Assembly (NCBI RefSeq): GCF_001194135.2
Contig: NC_068983.1
Coordinates: forward strand, 21,474,901 to 21,524,149
Length of the DNA stretch: 49,249 bases
From: Octopus bimaculoides
Taxonomy: Eukaryota
Direction: 5' to 3'
Positions within the stretch are counted from its first letter, which is position 1; every line of letters begins with the position of its first letter. Under the pieces are notes generated by a model that was given only the letters and a program-made list of their open reading frames with translations, ran no database searches and was not told the origin of the DNA. Both the position numbers and the translations under genes were made by a program. Shown here piece by piece: positions 24,843 through 36,093 of the stretch.

Positions 24843-25222
24843 AAGTAGCTTGCTTATCAACCACATGGTTCCGGGTTCAGTCCCACTGCGTGGCACCTTG
24901 GGTAAGTGTCTTCTACTATAGCCTAGGGCCACCGAAAGCCTTGTGAGTGGATTTGATAGACGGAAACTGAAAGAAGCCCGTCATATATATGTATATATAT
25001 ATATGTATATGTATGTGTGTTTGTGTGTCTGTGTTTGTCCCCCCAACATCGCTTGACAACTGATGCTGGTGTGTTTACGCCCCGTAACTTAGCAGTTCGG
25101 CAAAAGAGGCCGATAGAATAAGTACTAGGTTTCCCAAAAATTAGTCTTGGGGTTCATTTGCTCGACTAACGAGGGGTACTCCAGCATGGCCGCAGTCAAA
25201 TGACTGAAACAAGTAAAAGAGT
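24843..25222 (+). mobile_element. SINE family A lacking its 5' end
   Basis: aagtagcttgcttatcaaccacatggttccgggttcagtcccactgcgtggcaccttggg...aacaagtaaaagagtaaaagagt. Confidence 0.9.
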
Positions 25223-25354
25223 AAAAGAGTATGTGTGTATGTAAGTCTCTCTCTCTCTCCAAATATATATATATAATATATGCATAATAATACAAACACA
25301 GACACACAAACATACACACACACATATATATATATTTGTATGTATGTGTGTGTC

Positions 25355-25482
25355 TACCAAATCCATTCACAAGGCTTTGGTCGACCCGAAGCTATAGTGG
25401 AAGACACTTACCCAAGATGCCATGCAGTGGGAATGAAGCCGGAACCATGTGGTTGGTAAGCACGCTTCTTGCCACACAGCCA
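25355..25482 (-). mobile_element. SINE family A 5' half
   Basis: ctaccaaatccattcacaaggctttggtcg...ggaaccatgtggttggtaag...gccacacagcca. Confidence 0.85.
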
Positions 25483-25492
25483 NNNNNNNNNN

Positions 25493-25806
25493 TGATTCGA
25501 TCAACGGAACAGCCTGTTCGTGAAATTAAAGTGCAAGTGGCTGGGCACTCCACAGACACGTGTACCCTTAACGTAGTTCTCGGAGATATTCAGTGTGACA
25601 AGGCTGGCCCTTTGAATTACAGGCACAACAGAAACAGGAAGTAAGAGTGACAGAAAGTTGTGGTGGAAGAGTACAGCAGGGTTCGCCACCATCCCCTGCC
25701 GGAGCCTCGTGGAGCTTTAGGTGCTTTCGCTCAATAAACACTCACAACGCCCGGTCTGGGAATCGGAACCGCGATCCTATGACCGCGAATCCACCGCCCT
25801 AATCAC
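25493..25806 (-). mobile_element. SINE family B
   Basis: Reverse-complement homolog of 21941-22256. Confidence 0.9.
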
Positions 25807-25975
25807 ATGCATATATGGGTACAGCACGTTACCAACAGTAAGCAACATGAAATACGAAAACAAATGAGTTCAATACACATAAAACGAAATAAACAAATTG
25901 AAAACAGAACAAATAACATAAAGAACGACCCTTCATCAGTTGTCGGCTGTCTGTCTACTCCTCATTTCGAGCATA
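25807..25975. repeat. Dispersed repeat homologous to 13622-13735, possibly a Penelope-like terminus
   Basis: Shared sequence; minus strand carries CTGATGAAGGG near the end. Confidence 0.6.
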
Positions 25976-26013
25976 TATATATATATATATATATACTCTT
26001 TTGCTAGTCTCAG

Positions 26014-26146
26014 TCCGTTTTCAGGGAAGAATTTTATATTTGAGGTGTTGACAGAATGGAGTTCAAAGATGGAATTTTAAAATGATTCCATCTTTAAATT
26101 CCATTCTGTCAACACCTCATATATTTCATTCTTCTTTGAAGACGGA
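26014..26146. repeat. Long hairpin / MITE-like foldback
   Basis: Core arms 26041-26075 and 26085-26119 (33 Watson-Crick pairs, 1 G-U, 1 C-A), 9-nt loop; outer arms tccgttttcagggaagaat / attcttctttgaagacgga also pair. Confidence 0.9.
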
Positions 26147-26432
26147 AGCTGTTATTATCCAATGATGGAATCAATTTACAATCATTATGTTGGAATCGTA
26201 ATATTCTTATTCAACCCCTTTCATTCATGATATTATTTGTATTCTGTGTAAGTCAGACCCTTTTATACGTAAGCATATCTACATTTTTGTATTAGATGTA
26301 TTTAATACTTTTTTGTATATCGACTTGCCAAACTAGCTTGTCCTTATATTTACTCCTCTACCCTGCTCAAGTTTAAATCTTTTGAGCACTATGAAGTGTA
26401 TTCTGTACAGAGAATACCTGTCTCTAATTTAT

Positions 26433-26447
<15 letters not shown>

Positions 26448-26463
<16 letters not shown>

Positions 26464-26680
26464 TTGTGTATTTGTATCCGTGTCTTTGCACCCACCATCA
26501 CTTGGGACCCAGAGTTGGTGTGTCTACGTTCCGGTAACTTAGCGATCCGGCGAAAGAGACCGTTAAAATAAGAGACAGGCTTAAAAATTTTAAAGAATAT
26601 CCAGTGGTCGATTCATTCGACTTATATTTTTCAAGGCGGTGCTCCAGCATGGCTGCGGTTTAATGACTGAAACAAGTACT
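26448..26680 (+). mobile_element. SINE family A 3' half
   Basis: (TG)n then cggtaacttagcgatccggcgaaagagaccg...gcggtgctccagcatggctgcggtttaatgactgaaacaagta. Confidence 0.8.
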
Positions 26681-26875
26681 AATAATTGTTTTACACGAGA
26701 AGACTACGCCTAGCTGATATGAGAATCGAAATCACATCCTTGCAGGCGTGAGTGCAACACTTTAAACAACTAGACCACACGCCTTCGTATACGTGTCGTT
26801 TATGTGTGTCTATATACATACAGATGTGTATGTTTGTGCATAGCATGACCGCCGCTTTAAAATGAAACAATATAA

Positions 26876-26917
<42 letters not shown>

Positions 26918-27501
26918 TGTATGCAATATATTTATATTTGTATATCCATGAGTTATTTTTGTAGAGATAATTTAATCAGGCATGCTAGTGATTTGTGAGT
27001 CCATTGTATAGTAATGTGTGTAATTATCGCTATGATTAATGATGTGCAGGTGTGTTAGACTAAAGGTGTAAGATATGGTAGTCACGAGAATCGATTTAAC
27101 GAAGCCAAACGCATACGTTCAAACATNNNNNNNNNNNNNNNNNNNNNNNNNNNNNNNNNNNNNNNNNNNNNNNNNNNNNNNNNNNNNNNNNNNNNNNNNN
27201 NNNNNNNNNNNNNNNNNNNNNNNNNNNNNNNNNNNNNNNNNNNNNNNNNNNNNNNNNNNNNNNNNNNNNNNNNNNNNNNNNNNNNNNNNNNNNNNNNNNN
27301 NNNNNNNNNNNNNNNNNNNNNNNNNNNNNNNNNNNNNNNNNNNNNNNNNNNNNNNNNNNNNNNNNNNNNNNNNNNNNNNNNNNNNNNNNNNNNNNNNNNN
27401 NNNNNNNNNNNNNNNNNNNNNNNNNNNNNNNNNNNNNNNNNNNNNNNNNNNNNNNNNNNNNNNNNNNNNNNNNNNNNNNNNNNNNNNNNNNNNNNNNNNN
27501 N

Positions 27502-27536
<35 letters not shown>

Positions 27537-28659
27537 TATATATATATGAATACAAATATATATATATTCGCACACATCGCTCGTGCGTGCGTGCGTGTAT
27601 ACATGTATGAGCTTCTACCTGTATTTGTGTATAAATTTACGTAGCTATGTATGTATACAGTTCGAAATGTTTAATCGTTTGCAATGTGGTTCTTTCTTTC
27701 TTTCTTTTCTTTTTCTTCCTTTCTTTCTTCCTTCCTTTCTTTCTTTATTCATCTATTTATTTTTTCAAGTCTTCTAGACGAACACAACAAAAGCTATTCA
27801 AACTGAGAGAGGAAAACAAGAATGAATAAATAAATACATAAATAAATACATAAACGAAGAAATAAGCAAAAAACAAAATGTATTTATAGATGTGTTAGTA
27901 TTGATTAAATTACATTCTATAACCCTCTCTGATAATCGATAACAAATAATAACAGTAAAAAGAGACTAACTCTAAGCAGAAGCAACAATTGTAGCAAAAA
28001 CAACAGCTAGGACAACAATGGCTACGGCAACTACATCAACATCAATATCCATAAAGCATTCTAGACAACAATGATAAGCATAGACAATAATATGTACATA
28101 CAGCAGAATTGCTCCGTCTTCTAAAAGACCGGAGAGGGTGGATGCTGTAAAATGTAAAGTTTTGTGTGTATTTCGTGAGTAAATTTTCTTGTGTTGTTTT
28201 TTTTTTTTTTTTATATATATATTTTAAATAATATAAAGATGTCTTTGTTGTGTTTTTTTTTGTTATTTTTCTCCTCTAATTCTTCGTCTCACGCTCTCGT
28301 CTTTTGTAACCGTAATATACATTACAATATTACACACGTACACATACACATACGCATACACACACACACATACACACGCATGCATACATACATACATACA
28401 TGCGCATATATATAAATATATATATATATACATATATATAAATGTATGCATGCAAATATGTACGTACACACACACACGCATATATATGGGGGCATGTCTG
28501 TATTCATATACATATGCGCGCACACGTACACATACACACACACACATACACATATATGTATTTAAATGTATGTATGTACGTACATATATATATATATGGG
28601 GTATGTGTGTACACACACACACACACACATATATGAATATATATATTATTATGATTGAC

Positions 28660-28841
28660 CGTTGACTGAACACTATTCAATTTTTTTTCTCCGTGTTTTT
28701 CTCCTTGTCTCCGTATTCTTTCTGTTGAAGAGCGTAGCTCGAAACGTCAAAGACTTTCCGTATTCCCGAGCGTCATACTAATATATCCTTTTGTTATTTA
28801 CACCACCTGTCCTCGTCTGTTGTTATTATTTGTATATTCTC

Positions 28842-28845
<4 letters not shown>
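28660..28845 (+). mobile_element. Penelope-like terminal repeat
   Basis: Inverted homolog of 3241-3435; contains hammerhead motif. Confidence 0.65.
28717..28753 (+). ncRNA. Minimal type I hammerhead ribozyme-like motif (A6U core variant)
   Basis: Stem I TCTTT/AAAGA; core CTGTTGA; A; stem II GAGC-gta-GCTC; GAAAC-GTC with palindromic ACGT stem III; GUC site at 28746-28748. Confidence 0.65.
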
Positions 28846-28873
<28 letters not shown>

Positions 28874-29251
28874 NNNNNNNNNNNNNNNNNNNNNNNNNNN
28901 NNNNNNNNNNNNNNNNNNNNNNNNNNNNNNNNNNNNNNNNNNNNNNNNNNNNNNNNNNNNNNNNNNNNNNNNNNNNNNNNNNNNNNNNNNNNNNNNNNNN
29001 NNNNNNNNNNNNNNNNNNNNNNNNNNNNNNNNNNNNNNNNNNNNNNNNNNNNNNNNNNNNNNNNNNNNNNNNNNNNNATTTTTACACCAGTTGCATTAAA
29101 CACTCTCGAGATTCAGTTCTAAAAAGAATTAAATTATATGAAATAGCATTCCGTTCCGGTTTACGACACACATTTGTTTCGGTGCCTGACAACGTGTATA
29201 TTTTCAAACGAGTGAATTTTAAACTCTTTACGTTCATGAAAACCATATTTC

Positions 29252-29293
<42 letters not shown>

Positions 29294-29317
29294 TTGTTTT
29301 GTTACTTTATATGTTTG

Positions 29318-29485
29318 TAGGCGCAGGTGTGGCTGTGTGGTAAGAAACTTGCTTCCCAACCACATGGTTCCGGGCTCAGTCCCACTGCGTGACACCTCGG
29401 GAGAATGTCTTCTGCTATAGCGCTGGGCCGACTAAAGCCTTGTGAGTGGATTTGGTAGACAGAAAATGAAAGAAGCCCTTCGTAC

Positions 29486-29552
<67 letters not shown>

Positions 29553-29750
29553 GGTGTATCTTTGTGTCTGTGTTTGTCCCTTCACCATCGCTTGACAACC
29601 GATGTTTTTGCGTTTACGTCCCTGTAACTTAGTAGTTCGGCAAAAAAGAACGACAGATAATAAGTCCTGGGATTGATTTCTTCGACTAAAATAGCCCTTT
29701 AAGGTGATGCTCCAGCATGACCGCAATCAAATGACTGAAACAAATAAAAG
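29318..29750 (+). mobile_element. Full-length SINE family A
   Basis: gtaggcgcaggtgtggctgtgtggtaagaaacttgcttcccaacc...gactgaaacaaataaaag. Confidence 0.9.
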
Positions 29751-29914
29751 AAGAATCCTATATACAAAAATAAGTATGTACATATTTTTTTCAATGAATA
29801 TGCCTCCTTTTTATTTTAAGTGTTACTTGACTTCGTTATATGATTCAATAACTTTGTATGACTCAAATAAACGAACCTATGTTATAAAAATATTACTAGC
29901 AACATAATTGCTAT

Positions 29915-30150
29915 ATTTCCATCTTATCCGCGGAGATGAAAACATCTTTGATACAGCTGCCTCACATAATATCAATGCATTAGCGAGGTCTGGTTTTAAG
30001 AAAAAAATTATCACTTACTTTGATTTCACTCCAGATAAACCGTGAAGATAGTGATGTAGGAAAGTGTTGTGCTTCAACCCATATAACTAAATGATTCCTT
30101 ACACTAACTGACGACCACTTCCCACGATCGCATAAATACCTTCATCTTTT
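29915..30150 (+). mobile_element. Penelope-like RT C-terminal (thumb/linker) remnant
   Basis: DENIFDTAASHNINALARSGFKKKIITY; KVLCFNPY (cf. WFNPPY); DDHFPRSHKYLHL. Confidence 0.7.
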
Positions 30151-30162
30151 ATCTTCTATCGT

Positions 30163-30430
30163 TTACTAGTTTCGGTCATTAGACTGTGGTTAGACTGGGG
30201 CACCGCCTTGAATTTTACTTGAATTAATCGACCCCGGTACTTATTCTTTAAGGCCTAAAATTTATCCTATCGGTCTCTTTCAGCTAACCATCAACTTACG
30301 GGGACATAAACACACCAACACCGGTCGTCAAATGACGCTGGGGAATTCACGCATAGGTGTCATGCAGTGAAATTGAACCCGGAACCTTGTAGATTGGAAA
30401 CAAACTTTTTATAGCCTAGCCACACCACAA
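30163..30430 (-). mobile_element. SINE family A, internally deleted
   Basis: tttactagtttcggtcatt...gggcaccgccttgaa...gaacccggaacc. Confidence 0.7.
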
Positions 30431-30599
30431 AATATTTAATAGAAATCCAATAAAAGTTAGTTCTACTTGCCTACCCGGTATAGGATCACAAATATCTAGC
30501 CACAACAAATAAATTTTAGGAAGTTCTCCTCCACCTCAACCCCACCTACAGCAGTGGTACTACTGCAGATCCACCAGTAACCAGCCTCTTACAAAGCTA

Positions 30600-30722
30600 A
30601 CTTGAGGCAGAGCTGGTATACAGAGTCGGCATTTCCGATGTTTTGGAACATCAAGACGTATAATAGTTTAACGAGAAACATCTTCAAGAATAAATTTGTA
30701 CACCACAGGGCTTCGTCCAAAA
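30600..30722 (+). mobile_element. Possible CR1/L2 ORF2 C-terminal remnant
   Basis: QSWYTESAFPMFWNIKTYNSLTRNIFKNKF resembles the '..WN.LP......S...FK.KL' end of CR1/L2 ORF2. Confidence 0.3.
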
Positions 30723-30844
30723 GTAAATAGAACTCGACGTCACTAATTAGATTCGTGTGGTGCTTAAAGACTGCAGAGTGAGTCACTTACTTATGAAGTG
30801 GAACATTATAACCAAAATTTATAAGTATAGATTTTAAAATACAG

Positions 30845-30946
30845 AACTTGCCAGTGAACATTCTCAACATGAGAAGAAACTGTGTCTCCTTGACCACACA
30901 GAAATATTTCAAATTATAAGCCATCCCGTGTGTAGAGATGTGAAAG
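30845..30946 (+). CDS. Candidate symmetric 102-nt exon of an unidentified gene
   Basis: ttttaaaatacag acceptor, AAG|GTATGT donor, open phase 1-1 frame xLASEHSQHEKKLCLLDHTEIFQIISHPVCRDVK; no homolog recognised. Confidence 0.3.
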
Positions 30947-31189
30947 GTATGTGCTTATGAGTGTTTTCTATATTTGCGTATGTGAGTGAGTAGTTAATAT
31001 GAACCGTTGCACTCTAGACATACAGGTGTATGTATACTAAATTCAAATGATAAATGTGATTGTTTTTAATTTAATTTCGCTTTTAATCTATAACCACACG
31101 ACGTTATTGCTTTGTTTTTATATTATGTGTATGTTTATATGTGTTTTGTGTGTTTCACACTCTCTCTTCCTTTCCCTCTTTTCCTCTTC

Positions 31190-31247
<58 letters not shown>

Positions 31248-31789
31248 CAGGTCATCGGTCTGGTGGCAACATTATAACGGATAGAAGCAAATAAGGGACT
31301 CACTAATTATCTCAAAAGTTTCTATCACAACCATTCGTATTTTAGATTATAAAAATATTTTACTGAGTTTTCTTGTCGTTGTTTTGTTGATCAAAACCAT
31401 AAATGATAAATTAAGAAGTTGTTTTTCCACCATTTGTGTTAATACCTAATTTTCTGTACTTATGATAAACAAAACTGAAAATTACGTGTGGAAAGTTTTT
31501 CAGATATATATACACCAAACGTGTACTAAGGTGGAAGGTAGCTGACTTTATTAACAAGGAATGATTTTATTTTGTAGTCCCAAGGACAGCAATGATAGGT
31601 CGTTAATGCTTAATTTGGCTAAACATTCCTTTAAAATACAGAACTTGCCAGTGAACATTCTCAACATGAGAGAACGCAGAGTAGATATGGCGCAGTGTTT
31701 TGTTCACTGTTCTAACGACTCTACAAATTCGCTGCCATTCCGACTTTGTGCGAGAAATTATTATTTTTTTTATATTTCTACAGATATTG

Positions 31790-31997
31790 ATTTCAAATTT
31801 TGGCGCAAAACCAGTAATTTCGAGGCAGGGGCTAAGTCGATTCCATCGACCCCGTTACTCAGCTGATACTTGTTTATTGACCCTCAAGGGATGGAAGGCA
31901 AAGTCAACCTCAGCGGAATTTGAACTCAGAACGTAAAGATGAACGAAATACCGCTAAGCATTTTTCTCGGCGTGCTAACAATTCTGCCAGCTCTCCG
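31790..31997 (-). mobile_element. SINE family D monomer
   Basis: gctaagtcgattccatcgaccc...ggaatttgaactcagaacgtaaag...gtgctaacaattctgccagctc. Confidence 0.85.
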
Positions 31998-32624
31998 ACT
32001 TATATATTTCTACTAATATTAAAATTTTCAGTTATGTTGAGTTTTTACAACGATTAGATCAGTAAGTCAATTATAAAGACGAGTTTAGGTACCGAAAAGA
32101 TGTTGTGACCAATATGCCTGTGCTATATACTACGAGAGCGGCCACTATAATTTTGTTAAAACACGTTTTTAAAGTATTCATTTCTTGTTTTCTACTTGTT
32201 AACAGATTCGTCATATCTGCCATTTTCATCTTTCCAAAAAATACTTGTAATTCTCACCAAGCTGCATAGGTGCTATTGTTAGGCCCATTATTTTCGGTTT
32301 CCTTGGCATGATACAATTTTTTATTATTATTATTATTCGCTTTACCATCGTAAATGGTTATTTTAACTCATAAATTTTCATTCAAATGTTTGCAGAGTGT
32401 TGGTTAATTATGTCCAACAGCATGTTAATGTGGTTAATACATGGGTCACAGCTTCAAGTCGTTCATACACAGACACACAGACACACACGCACACACACAC
32501 ACACACACACGCACACACCAAAGAAAAACAAAGATGAAAATGAAATTTCAAGTAATACTTTCAACAAGCAATGATTTGTGAGCAGGTATGATAGTGAGCT
32601 TCACAAAAAAAAAGCAATATTAAC

Positions 32625-32895
32625 AAGCATCCGCTTTGCTGAAAGCCATTTTGGTAATATATAATGTCAGAGTTAATTAGTTTGTTATAACTTCTCAGAA
32701 GTAAAGCTGTGTACCATGCCTTGATTACATTTTCTTTTTTAAACAGAATCTCAACTTCAGCTAATTTTAAATCATTGCTCAGTCACTCATGTGCTCTGCC
32801 ATTAAATGTCCTCTGGTAGTCGCGACATATCACTGTGACATTCCTTTGAGTTTTTTCTTCGTATTATTTCTTCTTCAATCATATTCATTTAGCTC
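32625..32895 (-). mobile_element. CR1/L2-type LINE RT N-terminal remnant
   Basis: MIEEEIIRRKNSKECHSDM...; SNDLKLAEVEILFKKE (cf. DLK.A.V.P.FKK); NGFQQ. Confidence 0.6.
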
Positions 32896-33554
32896 CATGT
32901 CATTCTTAGTTTAATAGACCTCTGTAGAAAGCCGTTACAGCCCTGCCTATCCTGTTTATTTTCAAATACAATATATAACTAGAGATAATAAATTAATCAG
33001 CGCGTCCTTTTAATTTAACTGCTACTTCTGGAAAGTCCAATGATGCCGTAAAAGCATCCTCCTTCTCTGTTTTTAATTTATTTTCATAACAGACAGCCGC
33101 TTTAACTCCATCAATTCATCGACAAAAAAAAAATAATTAAGTATTGAGTTCTATATTTTGCATACGTAAGTCTTCTTCTGACTAAGAACACACAAGAATG
33201 CATGCACATATTTGTGTGTGATTGTGATTGTGTACGCACACAAAACACAAACAGGGCTGATGCATTACGTGAGCAAATTGCGCAAGCGGATACTGCAAAA
33301 CCAGTCGGACAGACAGACAGACAGATGGACTGACGGATGGGATGATGGACGGCGACAGACGGATCGACTGACGGGAGTCAGACAAACAGACGGATAGATG
33401 ATAGAGAGAGAGGGGAGGGAGAAAGAGAGAGGGTGATACATCATTTTAACAAAGAAAGCGCTTACATACACAATGCAAATGCTTCTATTCAAAATGTTCG
33501 TGTCATTCTGTTTCCCCGGGAATTTTTTAGATGTTGTTTTGCTCTTTTATTCTT

Positions 33555-33715
33555 TCATTTGTTTCAGTAAATTGACTGTGGCCATACTGGAGCACAATCT
33601 TGAATTTTAGTCGAACAAATCGATACCATGACATATTCTATTAACCACTTATTGCTGAATCGCTAAAATACGGAGACTTAAACACACTTACATCGGCTGT
33701 CAAGCGTTGGTGGTA

Positions 33716-33750
<35 letters not shown>

Positions 33751-34130
33751 NNNNNNNNNNNNNNNNNNNNNNNNNNNNNNNNNNNNNNNNNNNNNNNNNN
33801 NNNNNNNNNNNNNNNNNNNNNNNNNNNNNNNNNNNNNNNNNNNNNNNNNNNNNNNNNNNNNNNNNNNNNNNNNNNNNNNNNNNNNNNNNNNNNNNNNNNN
33901 NNNNNNNNNNNNNNNNNNNNNNNNNNNNNNNNNNNCACATATATATATATATATATATACACGCATAAACACGACGGGCATTTTTTGTTTTTAGTTTCCG
34001 TCTTCCATATCCACTCACAAGGTTATGGTCGGTCCGGAGTTATAGTAGAAGACACTTGCCCTATGTGCCGCCAAAAGGACTGAACCCAGGACCATGTAGT
34101 TGTGAAGCAGGCTTCTTACCGCATTGCTAC
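33555..34130 (-). mobile_element. SINE family A spanning a gap at its internal microsatellite
   Basis: Tail tttgtttcagtaaattgactgtggccatactggagcac; head side ggactgaacccaggaccatg. Confidence 0.8.
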
Positions 34131-34160
34131 GCTGTTATTGTGACTGTATCAAATAATTGT

Positions 34161-34305
34161 ATATGTGTCCGTGTGTGTGTGTCTATGTGTGTGAACGTGT
34201 CCGTGTATGCGTGTGTGTCCGTGTGTGTGTGTCCGCGTGTGCGTATCCGTGTATGTGTACGGACGTATCCGTGTATGTGTCTGTGTGTGAACGTGTCCGT
34301 GCGTG

Positions 34306-34337
<32 letters not shown>
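34161..34337. repeat. Degenerate GTGTCC/(GT)n cryptic tandem array
   Basis: Repeated gtgtccgtgt(g/a)tg units. Confidence 0.85.
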
Positions 34338-34340
<3 letters not shown>

Positions 34341-36053
34341 AGAATAATGAATAGAATGAGAAATAAGGAAAGCTTCTAGCAATGCAGTAGGTTTTTGAAA
34401 CCTTTATAATTCCGGGCGCAAAGGCCCGTCTTCAGAAGAATACATTCAAAGAAATGAACGTTTATATACATCATACCATTTTGGATAGCCGGCCAAATTT
34501 TGTCTATTTTCAAGGGAGGCCGCTGCTAGTTACTTTTGAAGTCTTCTATGAACAGTCAGATGTCAGTTAACTTGGAAAGAAACTATGTAGTTATTAAGAA
34601 CCATTGAAATTTATGCATGCAAGATTTCACATCTCTAGCATCACTTCTTCTTAGTCAGCTTATGAACCACTCAGTCTATCCTCGTATACACGTATACGTA
34701 CACGCACATACACAAACACACACACACATATATATGTATGTGTGTATGTATGTATGTATGAATGTAGTCATGTATGTATGTTTGTATGTATATGAATATT
34801 CCACATTTTTCTCATGTAGTGAAGAAGTAATGTCCTTGATGTTTGGCGTGCCTCTCTTATTCATATGTTTTATGTAATAAATGTTCATCGTAAAGTTTGA
34901 CACAATATATAAAAAAAGGGGGGGGGTAGGAAGGAAATAGCTGCAATTCTGAAGACAAAGGCTTTGGCGAAGTGTCTGATACAGCATTTCAAGTGTGAGA
35001 AACAAAAGGACTACGAAAAGAGAAGTGTTTGGTTCGGATGACCTCCTCGCACTTACTTATTCATAGAAGCGGCATCCGTTGTCGTAACGATAAAAACAAA
35101 AATATAAGAGAGACAGTAGAATACAGCAAGTTGGTCTTCAAGTTATCGTAATGTGTTAGTGTGTTAGCTTGATGTCTGAAATATTTATCAATACATATTT
35201 TGAATTGTGTACTTGTGTAAGGTATGTTGAGATACAGATCAAAGAGAAATGTTTTAGTCATTTGCTTTTAGCCGAATCAAAAAGGAAATTAGAAAGGAAA
35301 CACATTTATTGCCAAAAGTAGTATTAAGCTGAGAATTCACTGAGTTCTGACTTCCATTGACATACATACAGACATACATATATACATACTTACAAGCAGA
35401 CATGCACGCATACATATTGTTAGAGTAAATGTTTTACTGCTGAAAAGTATCCAATGCGTACAATCAGGTTTATCATTACTAGAAATCAGTTGACTCTCGT
35501 TTTCTGACTCGGAGATTCGCGCGTATATAGAATTATTCGTAAATGGTATATTTAATGGAACGAGTAATATGTTGAGATCGGCTAGGGTCAATTCTCATTA
35601 GCCATGGCCGGTGAGAAGGTCCAATATGTAATGAAACAGAAATATTACGGATGGTAGTGAGTTTGCAATAGTATAAAGGAAAATTCGCGGTCTAGACTTG
35701 TTTTCATCAAAAGGCAGCTCCGTAGATTTTCTAGCATATGGAAAATATGCAAACTAAATTGTCTCCGATGATGACAGCCTCACAATATCTCAGATCTTTG
35801 ACTATGTGACAACGCTGACTCGTTCACTATTTCGAACTTCTCAGTATGAAATAGCTGGTACTTTTGATCTCTATTGAAAGAGGGAGCGACTCGATCGAAA
35901 ACATTCCTTGATGCTCGACTTGTCCACGAACTTGCTATCGTAAGGTAAATACCCTAACCACTAAGCCACACGCCTTCACATACATACACACATACACAAC
36001 ACACATATGTATATATATATATACATATACAGTCTATTAAAGTCTGTCATACC

Positions 36054-36093
36054 GGCCATGACGAAGGGAAATAGCCCTGAAACTCGAGTCGCC
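36054..36093 (+). ncRNA. Minimal type I hammerhead ribozyme-like motif, Penelope-type
   Basis: GGC-C(A)TGACGA-AGGG aaatag CCCT-GAAAC-TCGA-GTC^GCC; palindromic stem III; one extra A in the core. Confidence 0.65.

Noticed and set aside
21941-25806. Inverted family B SINEs as TIRs of a composite DNA transposon
   Set aside because: They are ordinary SINE copies with unequal ends, no flanking TSD and no transposase between them.
25920-25975. Permuted (type II) hammerhead GAAA...CTGATGA on the minus strand
   Set aside because: Stems I and III cannot be formed around the motifs.
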